Shown here: positions 10,168-22,363 of the stretch, in pieces | Layout of the letters: every line of letters begins with the position of its first letter | How positions within the stretch are numbered: position 1 is the first letter of the stretch | Source of the DNA: a virus | Lineage: Duplodnaviria > Heunggongvirae > Uroviricota > Caudoviricetes | DNA: 41,649 bases | IMG/VR virus record: IMGVR_UViG_2718217885_000012 | Span: 1-41,649 of that record | Reading direction: 5' to 3' (one strand) | Made by a program: the position numbers and the translations under genes | Notes under the pieces: generated by a model | What the model saw: only the letters and a program-made list of their open reading frames with translations | Database searches by the model: none | Told to the model about the DNA's origin: nothing

Positions 10168-10623
10168 CTATCTCCCGTGATTCAGGAATTCGATTAGTTC
10201 TTCGCGTGTAGCACTGTAAAATGTCACGTCATCCACGCCTTTGAAGTATTTCTTGATGGTTCCTACACGATTAAGGCCAATCATTGCGCAGTACATCTGA
10301 CCGTGGCGGAATTTGCGTGCAGCGAACGATGTGACGCACTGAACGGTGGTGTTAGTCAGAATGTATCGCCAGAACGCCAGCCCAATTTCCTTGCTGAAGC
10401 CGCGAATCTCTGGCAGGTACATGGCGTGGCAATCGAATGTCAGCGGCTGAATCTCCTGATAGTAAACAATGCCGCCGAACTGCCCGTGCACGTTCACCTC
10501 AAAGTAACGGCAATCAGGTTTGTAGTCGTATCCATCACCGTTGTTGCTCCCGGCGATAATGTCAGGGTGATTTCCTACTGCTTCTATCAGGTCGATGTTT
10601 CGCGTTGGTTTGAATGTAATCAT
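10168..10623 (-). CDS. Ejection / head-completion protein, P22 gp14-like
   Basis: 151 aa; syntenic between the needle and gp7 genes. Confidence 0.55.
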   Translation of the reverse strand: MITFKPTRNIDLIEAVGNHPDIIAGSNNGDGYDYKPDCRYFEVNVHGQFGGIVYYQEIQPLTFDCHAMYLPEIRGFSKEIGLAFWRYILTNTTVQCVTSFAARKFRHGQMYCAMIGLNRVGTIKKYFKGVDDVTFYSATREELIEFLNHGR

Positions 10624-11324
10624 CAGTCAATCAGCCCATGTAATCTAAGTGCTGTTTCAAGCGCCAGAATACGCTGCCGCGCCTGCTGCAAACCTGTAGC
10701 GAGAGCCGCGACTTCGGATTGTGTGTACGTAGTGCCGACCGTGTATGACTGGTTAGCGTTGAATGAGCCAAGAAGAGGTGTACCTGTGGCTGCAGTCCAT
10801 CCGGTATTTCTTGCTCCAACAACCTGAATTCCATCAACTGAATATGATGTTTTTACATCCAGCGGTGACGCAAGAGACTGCGATTCGGTTACGGTTTTCG
10901 ATACGTAATCACTCTTAATGTCAGATACATCGCTTTCTACGCCATCCAGTCTTTGGTCAACAGTGACCAGATGCGCCTGAATATCGATAACCTCATCCAG
11001 CAAGTAATCAACATCGCTACGCAGTACGACTATCTTCCCTTCGGCGGTTGTTAACCTGACCTCAAGGAGATTTATCGCTTTTGTGTTTGCGGTGATTCTT
11101 GCATCGTGGTCAGCCAGTTCGACATCCTGTTCATCGTTTTTCACCTGAGCATCGTAAGCGCCCTGTCCGGCCTCGTTGGCCTTGTTAGCCACGTTACCAA
11201 CATCAGTGCCCTGTGCGATAACGTAAAGCAGATACGACTGCGAGAAGATATTGCGTGGAAGGACTGATGTGTCGAGCCGTGTAGCCTGAATGATTACCGG
11301 CACATTGAGATTCGAATCAGCCAT
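10623..11324 (-). CDS. Tail needle protein, P22 gp26-like
   Basis: 233 aa (same as P22 gp26 by recall); N-terminal [18 protein letters not shown] and coiled-coil-like central region; synteny. Confidence 0.75.
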   Translation of the reverse strand: MADSNLNVPVIIQATRLDTSVLPRNIFSQSYLLYVIAQGTDVGNVANKANEAGQGAYDAQVKNDEQDVELADHDARITANTKAINLLEVRLTTAEGKIVVLRSDVDYLLDEVIDIQAHLVTVDQRLDGVESDVSDIKSDYVSKTVTESQSLASPLDVKTSYSVDGIQVVGARNTGWTAATGTPLLGSFNANQSYTVGTTYTQSEVAALATGLQQARQRILALETALRLHGLID

Positions 11325-12742
11325 TACTCAATCCTTATCTGGCAGCCAGACAGAGTGACAGGTGACTTTGTGATAACGCGCAATTTGAAACCGACATTTT
11401 TCCTGATGCGCCCGACACGCTTCCACAAAACGCGTTTGTCGTAAACGAACGGTTCATTCTGCTCAATCATCTGCTCACGCCCGTAATTGATGCCGTCAGT
11501 GGTTGCAGAGAGAAAAAGGCGGTCAGCATACTGCGCAACTCCAGTTGACGATTCAACCTCAAGATCAAAGCATCTGGCATTATCTGCTTTGAACAACGGA
11601 GTAAACAGCAGGTGTTCCTGCTGCTTGTCGTACTGGCTGCTGATATCGAACTGCAATTTCCCGGTCACGGATTCCAGCTTATCGCCGCACGTTATCTGAT
11701 TGCCTTCGTAAATGAAGTCGATAGCGCGGTACACATCGTCATACAGGCCTGTTTTCAACACACACCATTGCGGACCATTAGAGCTTGAAGATGCATCGTA
11801 TACGAGGACATGGCGCGGAAGATGGATAATCAGCAACTCATGCGCATCAAAGCGCAGCGATTCCATCACACCATCAGCCAGTTCATCAGCAGTGTAGGAG
11901 CGTAGTATTTTCTCAATGCTCGCGCTGGCGATTGGTGATACCTGACCGGAGCCGATGATGTACACAGACGGCGCACCTGTTGCCGGATTGCTGATGAACG
12001 CATATGAATCAGAGAATGGCGTTTTGCAGTAAGTCCCGGCGATGCCTTTTTGCACCATCAGTGATGGCTGTGCGACATACAAAGCAGCACCAACGGTGGT
12101 TGCGCCAGTCAGGGAGAAATATTCAATCGTCGATGAACCAAAGCAGACGATGAAGTCTCGCCATGTTCCGATGCCGATGATACCGTCAGGCTGAGACTCA
12201 GCACGATATTGTGCGCTGTAACGGTCAGGATGCGATTCGTCTTCAAGGTCAGTGATAAACCATGAATCAGTGCCGTCTTTTGACCACGCATAACGACCAC
12301 GTAAGCGCGTAATGTCACGGACCGAACCTAACTCATACTGCGTGAATCCGCTGTCTGTAGGCCAGTTTGAGACGGTTTTAACCGTGCCATCATAGCGATA
12401 CTCAACCAGTTGACCATTAACGCCTACAGCCTGAGATGTTCGACCATGCGCCATTGATACACGACCACTTCCGGCAACATCACCGACTTCACTTTCTCCT
12501 TTGTACAGCTTGCCGCCACACACGCGATAAACAGCATTCTGCGCCATGTTGTACTCGACGCCTCGCGATACTCCGTTCACATCAGAACGTTTGGCAATGC
12601 CCGGGAATGAACGAAGATATCCGCTGCTGTTAAGGATTTCTTTGGGTGTAGCCAACATATTCACTGGCAGATAGTCGATATAGTCAGCGTTTCGGAAGTC
12701 TTTGCCGACACCTTTCATAAGCGGAAGTTGCTGAATAGGCAT
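11324..12742 (-). CDS. Tail accessory (hub) protein, P22 gp10-like
   Basis: 472 aa; syntenic between gp4-like and needle genes. Confidence 0.7.
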   Translation of the reverse strand: MPIQQLPLMKGVGKDFRNADYIDYLPVNMLATPKEILNSSGYLRSFPGIAKRSDVNGVSRGVEYNMAQNAVYRVCGGKLYKGESEVGDVAGSGRVSMAHGRTSQAVGVNGQLVEYRYDGTVKTVSNWPTDSGFTQYELGSVRDITRLRGRYAWSKDGTDSWFITDLEDESHPDRYSAQYRAESQPDGIIGIGTWRDFIVCFGSSTIEYFSLTGATTVGAALYVAQPSLMVQKGIAGTYCKTPFSDSYAFISNPATGAPSVYIIGSGQVSPIASASIEKILRSYTADELADGVMESLRFDAHELLIIHLPRHVLVYDASSSSNGPQWCVLKTGLYDDVYRAIDFIYEGNQITCGDKLESVTGKLQFDISSQYDKQQEHLLFTPLFKADNARCFDLEVESSTGVAQYADRLFLSATTDGINYGREQMIEQNEPFVYDKRVLWKRVGRIRKNVGFKLRVITKSPVTLSGCQIRIE

Positions 12743-13243
12743 TTATTCGCTCCCGTTATCGCAAGATTCCTTCCGGCGGAAGTAATTCCAACCGTTCCAC
12801 TTCGCCAACTGGTTACCGCTACCAACAGGCATACGTTTTGGATAACCGGACTTACATTTAGCGGCTTTTGCTCTGTCCATTGCAGACAGTTTGACGAGTC
12901 GCTCTTTCCCGTATCTGGCAGTGGTTATAAGTTTTGCTGACGCTTCCAGCGCATAATCTGGAGCAATGCGGCAGGCAAGGTTGAAAATGACGGCATTTAT
13001 AGCGTTATTTGATAAGCCGTGCTCATCGCCCGGATCCGGAGCAACATCTGCATCAGCAAAAATGTAGCCAACGTTGATACCAGGTGACGCATCACCGCCA
13101 AGCCATTCAGCCATCATCATTTCAAGGTCGTTGACGCCGTCTTCCATAGACTGCGGTTCGACATCTGTTAACGTGGCATTTGATGCCACACCGAGCTTAC
13201 GTAATGCCGCAAGGACTAAATCACCCTTCGTTGTCAGGTTCAT
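12743..13243 (-). CDS. Tail adaptor protein, P22 gp4-like
   Basis: [29 protein letters not shown]...[14 protein letters not shown] resembles P22 gp4 by recall; internal Met start gives about 166 aa. Confidence 0.7.
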   Translation of the reverse strand: MNLTTKGDLVLAALRKLGVASNATLTDVEPQSMEDGVNDLEMMMAEWLGGDASPGINVGYIFADADVAPDPGDEHGLSNNAINAVIFNLACRIAPDYALEASAKLITTARYGKERLVKLSAMDRAKAAKCKSGYPKRMPVGSGNQLAKWNGWNYFRRKESCDNGSE

Positions 13244-13810
13244 CTGCTGCCGCCTTAGGTTTTCGACCAGGCTTTTTACGCTGTTTTTCTTCTGGCTCTG
13301 CAATGGCCGGACGCAAACTCAGGAGTCGTCCAAGAACATCATTTGCTTCATGACCATCCCACTCTTTCCCGAACTCAAGCTCAGTACCTTCAGGAAGGAA
13401 CTCGATTTCTTCAACAGGTAGGTGATAAGTGATTTCGCCTTCTGGAGTGGTGATACCAGCAATGATCCAGCCATCCCACTCTTCACCGTCACTGTGTTTG
13501 CGAGACCACCACGAAAGCTCAGCGTAAGCATGCATCAGCGATGAGAAGAGGCGCACTCGGTGAGCGTAAAGCTCGTTAAAAGTGTGATAACCGTCGGACA
13601 CTTCGCCCATATCAACTGGGGAAGTTTCACCTCCGCCAACACTCCCAATTTGATCACCAACAAGAGGATCATCAGGAACATCGTCAGGGTGCTTATACCA
13701 GCCATTTGATAAGTGCACAGCTACATCATCAGGATCAACGGTTTTCGTTTTCAGCTTGCGCCCCCAGATTTTGGTATCTCCGCCAGCCTGAAAAATCATT
13801 ACGCTCATTG
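13221..13810 (-). CDS. Hypothetical acidic protein between coat and gp4-like genes
   Basis: GGAGA RBS before the Met at 13810 ([10 protein letters not shown]...); D/E-rich; basic C-terminal tail [11 protein letters not shown]; overlaps the gp4-like start by 23 nt. Confidence 0.5.
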
Positions 13811-13825
13811 GTATCTCCAATAGAA

Positions 13826-13848
13826 AAGGGAGCCGAAGCTCCCTCTGG
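13826..13848 (-). terminator. Stem-loop just after the coat gene (likely partial terminator or RNA stability element)
   Basis: Perfect hairpin GGGAGC-UUCG-GCUCCC followed by UUUUCUAUU on the minus strand. Confidence 0.55.
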
Positions 13849-13851
13849 TTA

Positions 13852-15147
13852 TCACGCAGTCTGGTTAGGCAGACCAACACCAATTGCCTCTGGTCGTACA
13901 GCACATGCTGAATACCACACAGCAATACGGCACTTACCAGACAGAGTGTTGATATCACCCTGCGTTGCGAAGATGCCGTTAACACCAATGCCAGGAATGC
14001 TGAAGGAAGACGTTTTCATGCCAGCAAACAGTTCATGGGTTACCGGGATCGGCTGAGACAGCAGACGGATTGAGTCATCAGCCCAGAACACGTTAGCGGT
14101 GGTTGTTGCCACGTTCAGAACGTTTACCGGAGTGGTATCAGCAAGAGAGGTGTTTACGTTAGCGTAAGCCTTCTCTTCTTTTGTCAGTGACGCGTCATCC
14201 AGTGCAATCGGCTTCGGCGTGATTTCGATGTGAGTACCATCGATCACACGGGTAATTGAGAAAGTCGCATCATCAGTCAGCACGTTCTTCGCCATCTGAG
14301 ACAGGAATTTCACACCAGTGAAACTGATTTTGTCGCCGCGCTTAAATCCGGTGGTGGAGGATACGGTCACCGTTGCAACACGGTTGTCGACGTTCTCCTT
14401 GTTACCATCGGTATCAAGGGTGTATGCCTGCGGCTTAAACTTCTGCGCTCCAGTCACAGTTACACCAGTAGCGGTTGACTTAGTAACTGCCGGAAGTTTC
14501 GGTGAGCGAAGAATTTCATCAAAGCCAGCAATCTGACGCTGAATAGTACCGTTGCGATACGCTTCTTCAGGAACGCGCCCAAAGATGTCACCATCTACCA
14601 GGTTGCGGCCTGCTTTGCGGTAATCGTCAGGGTTCAGGAAGTAACTGATTCCCATATCGCGGTTTAGCTCACGGGAGAACATCAGGCGCTCTGCATCAGA
14701 AACAAAATCCCAGCCAGACAGGCCAGTAGATGGACCAATTGCGCGGGTATCGTGAACAACAAGCGAGCCCATTTCAGTTGCCTGTTTGGCAATCGCTGAC
14801 TCAATGTTATTCGCCAGTTTTTTGGCGGATGCCTGGATGCGGCGACGGTAAGAACGCTCATCACGCAGGTCATCTGCACGAAGCTCGAAGAAATCGTTAT
14901 CCGGATCGCCCATGTTGCATTTCACGGAGAGTTCCAGAATCCCGGTTGCGTTGCCAGTTAAATCCCAGCCAGTCTGGGTTGGCGCTTCCTGCTCAACAGG
15001 CATCCACACGGTGTTGCTTGAACGTTGCATGGATTCTGCCGGAGGGGTGTATTTTGTCACTTTGGACGCCATTGGCGTCAGGTTCTGGACGGTTTCGATG
15101 ATTTCATCCAGAGCATACGTGACCAGTTGACCTTCATTTAATGCCAT
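13852..15147 (-). CDS. Major capsid (coat) protein, P22 gp5-like
   Basis: 431 aa versus 430 aa for P22 coat by recall; follows the scaffold gene with overlapping start/stop. Confidence 0.8.
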   Translation of the reverse strand: MALNEGQLVTYALDEIIETVQNLTPMASKVTKYTPPAESMQRSSNTVWMPVEQEAPTQTGWDLTGNATGILELSVKCNMGDPDNDFFELRADDLRDERSYRRRIQASAKKLANNIESAIAKQATEMGSLVVHDTRAIGPSTGLSGWDFVSDAERLMFSRELNRDMGISYFLNPDDYRKAGRNLVDGDIFGRVPEEAYRNGTIQRQIAGFDEILRSPKLPAVTKSTATGVTVTGAQKFKPQAYTLDTDGNKENVDNRVATVTVSSTTGFKRGDKISFTGVKFLSQMAKNVLTDDATFSITRVIDGTHIEITPKPIALDDASLTKEEKAYANVNTSLADTTPVNVLNVATTTANVFWADDSIRLLSQPIPVTHELFAGMKTSSFSIPGIGVNGIFATQGDINTLSGKCRIAVWYSACAVRPEAIGVGLPNQTA

Positions 15148-16058
15148 TATCGAATTCCTTTATTCAGTTGCGCCTTGAGCTTGCGGTACGTCTCTACATC
15201 CCCTTTGTTTGCTGCTGCCTCCATCTGCTTTTCAATCGCAGAGATATTTGCAGCAACAGCGTGTCCCTGAATGGGTTCATCAGGTAACGGGGCTTCTGAA
15301 ACAGGTTTTGCTCGAGGCTTGAGAGTTAAACGTTCTGACAGTCGAGTGAGTTCAATCAGCGCTGATTGCCCGTCCATCGCCAGCAACTGGCGTGTTTTCT
15401 CAGGATTAGCACCAAGGTGATACATGAGAGCAGCGGATTTCTCCGGGAAGAGGCGCATGATGTCGGCACCGACTGCTGGCGGCACCAGTTGCATGAATGC
15501 ATCCTCTTTCTCCTGATAGTCAGGGATGTTGAGCTTTTCCGCTGCGTCGTAGTGCTTACGGGCTGCCTCGACGTATTGCGCTGATTGCTGGGTGAACTCC
15601 TGAGTTTTTCGCCCCTGCTCGGCGACAGCCTGGCTTCGTGCGTCCATAGCCTTGATCTGCCATTCACTGTTTGCCTGCTGGAAGGCAGCCAGTGCGCGGC
15701 TCTGGTCATAGTCGTACTTAGCCAGTGCGTCTTCGGAAAGATAATCGTTAGGGTCTGGTTGTTTTGGTAACTCAGGGTTCACCCGCAGGTGCTCCGGCAA
15801 CTCTCCACGCTTAACCGCTTCCATCTGCTGCTCAAGCTCACGCTGGCGTTTGCGTTCGATGCGGCGACGGGCAAATTCAGCATTAGTTGCCGGGTCTTGT
15901 TTTGGTTTCTCATCGTCTTTCAGGACAATCTCGAAGCCTTCTTCCTGACCTGCGTTGTCGTTGGCATTATCGACAACTAAGCCATCAGCAGATGCCGCTG
16001 CATGATTGCCGGGCAGGGTTAATTCTTCAGAAGCCTGAATGTCGGTGGTTTGGTCCAT
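15147..16058 (-). CDS. Scaffolding protein, P22 gp8-like
   Basis: 303 aa (same as P22 gp8 by recall), highly charged and helical; between portal and coat. Confidence 0.8.
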   Translation of the reverse strand: MDQTTDIQASEELTLPGNHAAASADGLVVDNANDNAGQEEGFEIVLKDDEKPKQDPATNAEFARRRIERKRQRELEQQMEAVKRGELPEHLRVNPELPKQPDPNDYLSEDALAKYDYDQSRALAAFQQANSEWQIKAMDARSQAVAEQGRKTQEFTQQSAQYVEAARKHYDAAEKLNIPDYQEKEDAFMQLVPPAVGADIMRLFPEKSAALMYHLGANPEKTRQLLAMDGQSALIELTRLSERLTLKPRAKPVSEAPLPDEPIQGHAVAANISAIEKQMEAAANKGDVETYRKLKAQLNKGIR

Positions 16059-16071
16059 GATTAACTCTCTC

Positions 16072-18237
16072 TTATTGAGGTGTCTCGGCTACTCCGCCGG
16101 AGGGGATTTGAACTTGACGCATAAGATTCGCGAAATCCATGCGTTGTGAATGAGTCTGGTCTGCATCTTTAAGAAGCAGCTCAGCGTTAGCACGAGCATC
16201 TTTGCTGCGCTGTTGCTGGAATTGACCTACGAGCTTGAGGTACTCACGCAGTTCTGCCTGCTTGTCGAGGTCCATATTGTTGAAGATTTCTGCAATCTTC
16301 GCGGCGTTGAGTTGGTTTTGAGCTTCAACCTTGGCAGCTTCAACCTGAATCTGCGCCTGTTGGTTCTCTGCCTTAAGCAATTCAGCCTGACCTTGCAGAA
16401 GGATACCCTGCGCCTGAATTTGCTCTGCTGATGGCTGCTGCGGCTGTTGTTGTGCCTGCTGCACCATCTCCATCTCTTCAGGTGTTTCTGGTTTCTTCAG
16501 CCCCATCATCACCAGTTGCTTGTTCGCGTACTCTCGCATCATCTCGACGCCTTTACCGTCAAGCAACGTGAAGTATTGCAGCATCAGCATCTGGAACTCT
16601 GGAGTACCTTGCGGAACCTTGGTGAGCAACTCCTGAATCTCTGCGCGGTTCTGTTCCTTCATACTCTGGAAGGATGGTCCGACGTCTGTATAGCACTCAT
16701 AGCGACCGCGAATGTCGTTGAGTGTGACCACATTACCGGACTGGTAATCTACAACTTGCGCGTAGAGTTGAACGTCTTTCTCGCTTCCATCTTCAAGTGT
16801 CAGCGTTACATGACGAGGAACGTCATAAATATCGTTGACCATTGAGGCATAAATCTCGCCATCACGTCGCATTGCGGTAGCCAGGTTATCCTGAAACACG
16901 TACGTCTCAAGGTCTGCCCGCATGTTCAGTTGATTGACGGTATCGAAAGCGACCTGAGAGTTTGCCGCCTGCGCATCCACGCCAAGACTAGCCACCTCTT
17001 TCACTGCGTTGGTGGCAGCCTCAAGCATGTAAGCGTTGGCTTGCGGCACTTCAGGGTTTTCCATGTAGGAGATTGGACCAATCGGCAGGTCGTTACCGTT
17101 TTCATCGGTCCTGTTCTGCAGATAGTACGGATAGTCATCATTTCCACCGTACATGTATTCGTAGCCTTCGATTTGCTCAGGGAGGAAGGTAGGTTTCTTC
17201 TTCGGTGAACGAGCAACAATATCGGCGTTGAATGACATGATCATGTTACGAAGGCGCTGACCGTCTTTCGTCAGCCTTACCACTCCTTCGTAGCACTCCT
17301 TGTCACCAGCGAATGACCATTCGCCATACACTGGAACGATTGGAATATGCTCTCCGGCTATCTTCTCGCGGTCTTTCAGTATCTGCGTGCAGGTGATGAT
17401 CGACTTATACACACGCCGACGCTTTACCTTGCGCTCTGCTACCTTAATGAATCCACGATTAGCCAGGTCGTCGATAACGTCTTTAATATCCTGCTGGTAA
17501 TAGCTGACCGGCTCACCTGTCAGCGGGTCGCGGTAGATGAAGACCTTCTCTTTCTTCTCTTCGACCTCGTAATACTCAGCGACGTAGACGACATCATTCG
17601 ATACCCACGGAAACAGCCATGTATCGTTCGGATTCTGGAAAGATGGCAAGGTGTCCGGATCAATACCGTAATCCTCTGCGAACTCTTTCCAGCCATTGCG
17701 TGACAAAGCGTTAATCACCGTGCAGTGCTTAGCGTCGCTCTTATCCATCTGCTTGCTGTTGGCGTCCCATATGACGTGTGAGCAGGCTTCATGGATTGGC
17801 AGGCGTCGGATTACCTGATTGTTGCTTGTTGGGTCGTTGTCTTCGTACTGTGTGACCAGACGCCATGCGCCAACGCCGGACTCTATCTGCTCACGAACGC
17901 CAACGTTAACGGCAATTTTTGCCGTGTTATGGCGCATATCAGTACGATACATTCCCATCAACACATCGGCTGCATCAGGATTAGCGCCGTCTTTGGGTCG
18001 GAAGAGAACGTCGATAGGGTTCCGGCGCATCTCTGCGACCAGTTTCCTGACCACCGGGCGAACAACATCGAATTGTCCGCGATATTGCAGGGTGGTGTAG
18101 TTTGATAGCCAGTCATCCCATTGCGACACTCGGCTAAAATACAGGTCATTTGTCGCCTCGGTTCTGGCTTCATCGCTCGCCATCCAGTCCGCGTCAAACT
18201 TGCACAGAATGGAATTGAGTCTGTTTTCGTCGGCCAT
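16072..18237 (-). CDS. Portal protein, P22 gp1-like
   Basis: Start [28 protein letters not shown]...[12 protein letters not shown]...[16 protein letters not shown] and end SGGVAETPQ match the P22 portal by recall. Confidence 0.9.
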   Translation of the reverse strand: MADENRLNSILCKFDADWMASDEARTEATNDLYFSRVSQWDDWLSNYTTLQYRGQFDVVRPVVRKLVAEMRRNPIDVLFRPKDGANPDAADVLMGMYRTDMRHNTAKIAVNVGVREQIESGVGAWRLVTQYEDNDPTSNNQVIRRLPIHEACSHVIWDANSKQMDKSDAKHCTVINALSRNGWKEFAEDYGIDPDTLPSFQNPNDTWLFPWVSNDVVYVAEYYEVEEKKEKVFIYRDPLTGEPVSYYQQDIKDVIDDLANRGFIKVAERKVKRRRVYKSIITCTQILKDREKIAGEHIPIVPVYGEWSFAGDKECYEGVVRLTKDGQRLRNMIMSFNADIVARSPKKKPTFLPEQIEGYEYMYGGNDDYPYYLQNRTDENGNDLPIGPISYMENPEVPQANAYMLEAATNAVKEVASLGVDAQAANSQVAFDTVNQLNMRADLETYVFQDNLATAMRRDGEIYASMVNDIYDVPRHVTLTLEDGSEKDVQLYAQVVDYQSGNVVTLNDIRGRYECYTDVGPSFQSMKEQNRAEIQELLTKVPQGTPEFQMLMLQYFTLLDGKGVEMMREYANKQLVMMGLKKPETPEEMEMVQQAQQQPQQPSAEQIQAQGILLQGQAELLKAENQQAQIQVEAAKVEAQNQLNAAKIAEIFNNMDLDKQAELREYLKLVGQFQQQRSKDARANAELLLKDADQTHSQRMDFANLMRQVQIPSGGVAETPQ

Positions 18238-19737
18238 TTAAGTTCTCCGTGCGATGGGCCTGATTGGGGCTGGTATCTTTTTCTCTTTTGGTTTTTTGAT
18301 GTCGCGCATCATTTTGGCGAAGCGGCGCATCATGTATGCATAGCGAACGGCTGAGAGAACGTCGTCGTTAAGCTTGACGATCTTCCCGTTTTCATCACGG
18401 TGATAGAGGCGGAACTCCTCAAAGAATGGCTCACAGGTGTTGAATACTTTGAAGCGACCATCGAGCATCATGTCGCGCAATTCAGTGATGCCAGGCTCAA
18501 CAGCATTACCGCCATCAGGCCATGTCGCATGCTCCTGTAACATCATAAAACCAGCATCTGCATACTGCCCTTTGAGCTGCTCACCGCCGCCCTTCTCGTG
18601 CTGGTTTCCGTCATGAGGCCATGCGGTTGGCACTTTATGCGCCCATGATTTAACGGCTCCCCACGCCTGAACGGCTGTTTTTTCTTTCGCCTTCCACACG
18701 CGTGAAACGTAGATTGTGTCTGCGTCCTTATCCCACCAAAGCTGAACCTGCGCCTGTGGGTGATCCCATCCGAAATCCATCCCGCCAATTACGTAGAAGT
18801 GATCAGGACACTCGAACGGCTGACACTTAATCGTCTCTTCCGGTATCTGGAAGATTCGACCACTACCCATCGTAGGAATACCGCGAGCACGCGCCTCTCT
18901 CTCATGCTCGGGATAGGATGCGATGATTTGCTCTTTCTGTTCGTCTGTGTAGTGCTCAGCGTCATAGATGGTCATGTTGACCACTTTCTGCGACTTGCTG
19001 GGATTCTTCAGGAACTTGGTAACAACGTCAGACATCCCCATCAGCGGGGTAAACGTCAGAATTGAGAATTGCCCGTATTTGTTGGTACGGGTAAGGCCTT
19101 CACCATAAATGCTGTATGGTGGTTCTTCGTCAAACCACACGCCGTGGATTGTGTCACCCTGCCAGCGAGCACGGCCTTGCGAGTATGGTTTGAAGTAGCA
19201 GATTGAAATTCCATCTTCAACGCCATCAGCCGTGTGATGCTTAACCAGAAGATGATCAACAAGGTTCGGAAAGAAAGGAGACTTCTTCCAGCTAATGATG
19301 TCTTCTTTAGGTATGGAACCGTAGCCTGGCTCATCATTCTCTTCGATACGACCACACAGGATGCGTTGAGTCGTTTTGGTTACAGTCTCGTTTGTCTCGC
19401 CGCCAATCCAGAAGACAACAGGCTCATAGAAACGCTTACCTTTCCACTCCCCACCATATTTACCATCAGCCGGATAGCCTTTTGTTCCCGGATAACGCCC
19501 GGTAAGGTGAAACGCGACTTCAGCAGCACCAGTAAATGACTTACCAAGCTGGTTACCAGCCATAAAACAGCGCTCTGGATAGTCATGCCCGGCGTCGATG
19601 AACTCACGCTGTTTGCTGTATGGCGTAAATTCATATAGCAGGTGTGTGTTCCGGTAGTTCTCTTCTTCTTCGAGTAGCTCGAGCAATTCGATTTGCTCTT
19701 CGTCGCTCAGGTTATCAAGAATCGCGTCCAGTTCCAC
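18238..19737 (-). CDS. Terminase large subunit, P22 gp2-like
   Basis: 499 aa (same as P22 gp2 by recall); nuclease-type acidic motifs; directly upstream of the portal. Confidence 0.85.
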   Translation of the reverse strand: MELDAILDNLSDEEQIELLELLEEEENYRNTHLLYEFTPYSKQREFIDAGHDYPERCFMAGNQLGKSFTGAAEVAFHLTGRYPGTKGYPADGKYGGEWKGKRFYEPVVFWIGGETNETVTKTTQRILCGRIEENDEPGYGSIPKEDIISWKKSPFFPNLVDHLLVKHHTADGVEDGISICYFKPYSQGRARWQGDTIHGVWFDEEPPYSIYGEGLTRTNKYGQFSILTFTPLMGMSDVVTKFLKNPSKSQKVVNMTIYDAEHYTDEQKEQIIASYPEHEREARARGIPTMGSGRIFQIPEETIKCQPFECPDHFYVIGGMDFGWDHPQAQVQLWWDKDADTIYVSRVWKAKEKTAVQAWGAVKSWAHKVPTAWPHDGNQHEKGGGEQLKGQYADAGFMMLQEHATWPDGGNAVEPGITELRDMMLDGRFKVFNTCEPFFEEFRLYHRDENGKIVKLNDDVLSAVRYAYMMRRFAKMMRDIKKPKEKKIPAPIRPIARRT

Positions 19738-20203
19738 GGTTGAATAGCTCCTTGATACGAGAGCGCCGCTTATCGCGATCTCCCTTATCAGGTGTCACGT
19801 CTTCAACTTGCGACTGCTCTTTGAGGCCCAAATCACGGGCGATGATGTTAGCGTTGAGAAGGTCAGCGGCTGCGCCAGAGAATTTCTGGTCGTAGATGAC
19901 CTGCTCTGCTCGCGTAACGACTTCAGATAAATCTTCTCGCAGGCGATATGTGCGCCATGTTTCAAGCGTCACATCAATGAACAGAGTGAGGCCGGTAATG
20001 GTCATCGCTCGCATCTTGGCGATAGGCTCTTGTATCACTTCACCCTGATACGAGAATGCCTTCATCTCCCATAGCGGGTTAGCTTCCACCCACTCGAAGT
20101 ATTCACAACAAGCAGCCCACAGCGCCTCAGGCGATTCGAATTTAGGATTTCGCCCATGACTACTGCGGGCCTCCCAAAATCGGTTGCCCTTTGGTGCTGC
20201 CAT
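19715..20203 (-). CDS. Terminase small subunit, P22 gp3-like
   Basis: [44 protein letters not shown] matches P22 gp3 by recall; 162 aa from the internal Met. Confidence 0.85.
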   Translation of the reverse strand: MAAPKGNRFWEARSSHGRNPKFESPEALWAACCEYFEWVEANPLWEMKAFSYQGEVIQEPIAKMRAMTITGLTLFIDVTLETWRTYRLREDLSEVVTRAEQVIYDQKFSGAAADLLNANIIARDLGLKEQSQVEDVTPDKGDRDKRRSRIKELFNRGTGRDS

Positions 20204-20406
20204 ATTCATCTCACTTAATTGTCATTTAGGTTAAGAACTCTTTTGCACCTTCAATCAATGACTGCTTCAGCAATTCGAGTGTGCCAATCGCCTCGCATAA
20301 ACTGATTTCACCATCGTAATCATGAATGACGCTTTCCAGCCGCTCGTATAGCTCTTGAGTAATTGGGAATTTCTTCTCCTTACCCAAATTGATTACGCGG
20401 CTCACA

Positions 20407-20649
20407 TCATGCTCCGGTGGTGAACAGGTCTAACGCTTCCTTCGATTTACGTACCGCTTCGATAGTGCGGGTCGTGATATCCGAATTAGCGCCGCCTGAC
20501 TGGAAGTGAATTTTGAATAGCTCAAGCTTCAACTCGTCAGTGCCGATGAATTGAAATGCTTCTTCTGCGGCTGCGTTCTGGTTCATGACCAGTTTGTAAA
20601 TCTCTAACTGGAATTTCTGTTCTTCAGTCATGGGAATAATCTCTGCCAT
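20407..20649 (-). CDS. Hypothetical small protein (80 aa) upstream of the terminase genes
   Basis: Clean ORF in the late-operon orientation; no recognisable motif. Confidence 0.45.
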   Translation of the reverse strand: MAEIIPMTEEQKFQLEIYKLVMNQNAAAEEAFQFIGTDELKLELFKIHFQSGGANSDITTRTIEAVRKSKEALDLFTTGA

Positions 20650-20754
20650 TGTTGGCTCCGTTTATCCGTTAAAAGGGATATCAGTTAAGTTATCCCGTGT
20701 AGGGTATAAGCCATTATCAAAGCCACTCAGTAAGGAATGGCTTTTGTGATGGCA

Positions 20755-20778
20755 ATAAAAAAGGCCGCCTGAGCGACC
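20755..20778 (-). terminator. Intrinsic terminator-like hairpin
   Basis: Minus-strand stem GGUCGC-UCAG-GCGGCC (one G-U pair) followed by UUUUUU. Confidence 0.5.
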
Positions 20779-20796
20779 TTTCATTTTTCATCCGTT

Positions 20797-21015
20797 TTAA
20801 TCATCTGGGTAATTAAGCGGCATCCAGTGTGTAACCTTGCTTGCTCCTGAATCGATGAATGCCTTTGTTCTCTGCCAGTAAGAGCCCATACATGATAGTT
20901 TGAACACGTCACCAGTATCAGTAAGAGCTATAACCTCTTTAGACCACATCCCTTCTTTGCTTTCTGGTAGCCGGTGTTCAACATTGATCCATTGGTTTCC
21001 GTTATCATCCATCAC
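20797..21015 (-). CDS. Small DUF551-like protein
   Basis: C-terminal THWMPL motif also seen at the end of the 37764-38657 protein; GAGG RBS upstream. Confidence 0.45.
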   Translation of the reverse strand: MMDDNGNQWINVEHRLPESKEGMWSKEVIALTDTGDVFKLSCMGSYWQRTKAFIDSGASKVTHWMPLNYPDD

Positions 21016-21452
21016 AACCTCGTCTAGTTGTTCGCCATAGATTCAGTGGCAGGCGGTGACGAGTCCGCTTTTCGGGAGCTACCCTAGCCACTGCTTGATT
21101 CTATCCGATGTCTTTCCATCAGTCCGCCACCACAAAGAATCTTTTTTGCCATAAGGCAGGAGGTTCATCTTTCAGTGGCTGCCAGTGTTATTTCCCCACT
21201 TACTGGCTTGGGTTGCTTCGTGGTACTGCCGTTAACTGGTTGCCCAGAATAAATTCCGGTTTCATTATCAAGCCCACCCGTAGATAGGCTTTGTAATGAA
21301 CTGGCTCTTATCTCAACGCAGCCCCTTACCGCGCGCCAGATGCTCAATATCAAGCATCAGCAATGAGATGTTTAATCTGGATTCACTCCAGAAGTGATCA
21401 CCACCCTGTCTACAGAGCCAGATGTGAAGGATGATGAGTAAAATTATCGCTA

Positions 21453-21890
21453 TCATAGAAGGCATTGCGTCCTGATGTATTCCTGCAAGTAGTTAACCTG
21501 CGCGGTTATCCTGTCGATTCCACTTCGGAGACGGTAATAATTGAGTTCAGCATCTGCTGTAAGTCCTGGACTTTCTCCATCGCCCATGCCGCTGGCTCCG
21601 GTCGTTGACTTTGCACAGGTGGCGGAGACTTGCAGGCGCTTACGACCAGCAGAAACATCAGCACGGAGGCTTTCGATAGTCGCGTTAGCATCAGCAAGCT
21701 CCTTTGTATATCTGGCGTCGAGTTCTGCTACGTCACGTTGACGCTTCTGCATGTCAGCGATGATGGATGTGGCTTTGTCGCGCTGGGCTTTGTAGGCGAT
21801 GGCGTTATCACGGTAATGATTAACAGCCCATGACAGGCAGACGATGATGCAGATAACCAGAGCGGAGATAATCGCGGTTACTCTGCTCAT
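21453..21890 (-). CDS. Rz: Spanin inner-membrane subunit Rz
   Basis: N-terminus [31 protein letters not shown] matches lambda Rz by recall; directly follows the endolysin gene. Confidence 0.85.
   Translation of the reverse strand: MSRVTAIISALVICIIVCLSWAVNHYRDNAIAYKAQRDKATSIIADMQKRQRDVAELDARYTKELADANATIESLRADVSAGRKRLQVSATCAKSTTGASGMGDGESPGLTADAELNYYRLRSGIDRITAQVNYLQEYIRTQCLL
21506..21697 (-). CDS. Rz1: Spanin outer-membrane lipoprotein Rz1 (embedded in Rz, +1 frame)
   Basis: ORF wholly inside Rz; lipobox-like LVVSAC followed by a Pro-rich segment. Confidence 0.65.
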   Translation of the reverse strand: MLMLTRLSKASVLMFLLVVSACKSPPPVQSQRPEPAAWAMEKVQDLQQMLNSIITVSEVESTG

Positions 21891-22363
21891 ACCTCAATCT
21901 CTCTGACCGTTCCGCCAGCCTCTTTGAATTTTGCAATCAGGCTGTCAGCCTTATGCTCGAACTGACCATAACCAGCGCCCGGCAGTGAAGCCCAGATATT
22001 GCTGCAACGGTCAATTGCCTGACGAATATCACCACGATCAATCATCGGTAAAGCGCCACGCTCTTTAATCTGCTGCAATGCAACTGCATCCTGGCTTTTC
22101 GGAGAGAAGTCTTTCAGGCCAAGCTGCTTACGATAGGCATCCCACCAACGGGAAAGAAGCTGGTAACGTCCGGCTGCTGTTGATTTGAGTTTGGGGTTTA
22201 GCGTGACAAGTTTGCGAGGGTGATCTGAGTAATCAGTGAATAGCTCTCCGCCAACAATGACGTCATAACCATGATTTCTGGTTTTCTGACGTCCGTTATC
22301 TGTTCCCTCTGACCACGCCAGCATATCGAGGAACGCCTTACGTTGATTATTGATTTCCACCAT
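21887..22363 (-). CDS. R: Endolysin (lytic transglycosylase), lambda R-like
   Basis: 158 aa; [49 protein letters not shown] matches lambda R by recall. Confidence 0.9.
   Translation of the reverse strand: MVEINNQRKAFLDMLAWSEGTDNGRQKTRNHGYDVIVGGELFTDYSDHPRKLVTLNPKLKSTAAGRYQLLSRWWDAYRKQLGLKDFSPKSQDAVALQQIKERGALPMIDRGDIRQAIDRCSNIWASLPGAGYGQFEHKADSLIAKFKEAGGTVREIEV

Noticed and set aside
10303-10827. 174-aa plus-strand ORF across the gp14-like and needle genes
   Set aside because: Antisense to syntenic virion genes that are tightly packed on the minus strand; no RBS.
20228-20404. Possible small minus-strand ORF (about 58 aa, GTG start) between the 80-aa gene and the small terminase gene
   Set aside because: Hand translation gives an open frame, but it needs a GTG or TTG start and I could not identify an RBS or any homology; too uncertain to list as a feature.
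21016-21452. Intact bor-like lipoprotein gene opposite to Rz
   Set aside because: No plus-strand ORF with a lipoprotein signal was found; only short fragments. Recorded as a gap in the findings instead.
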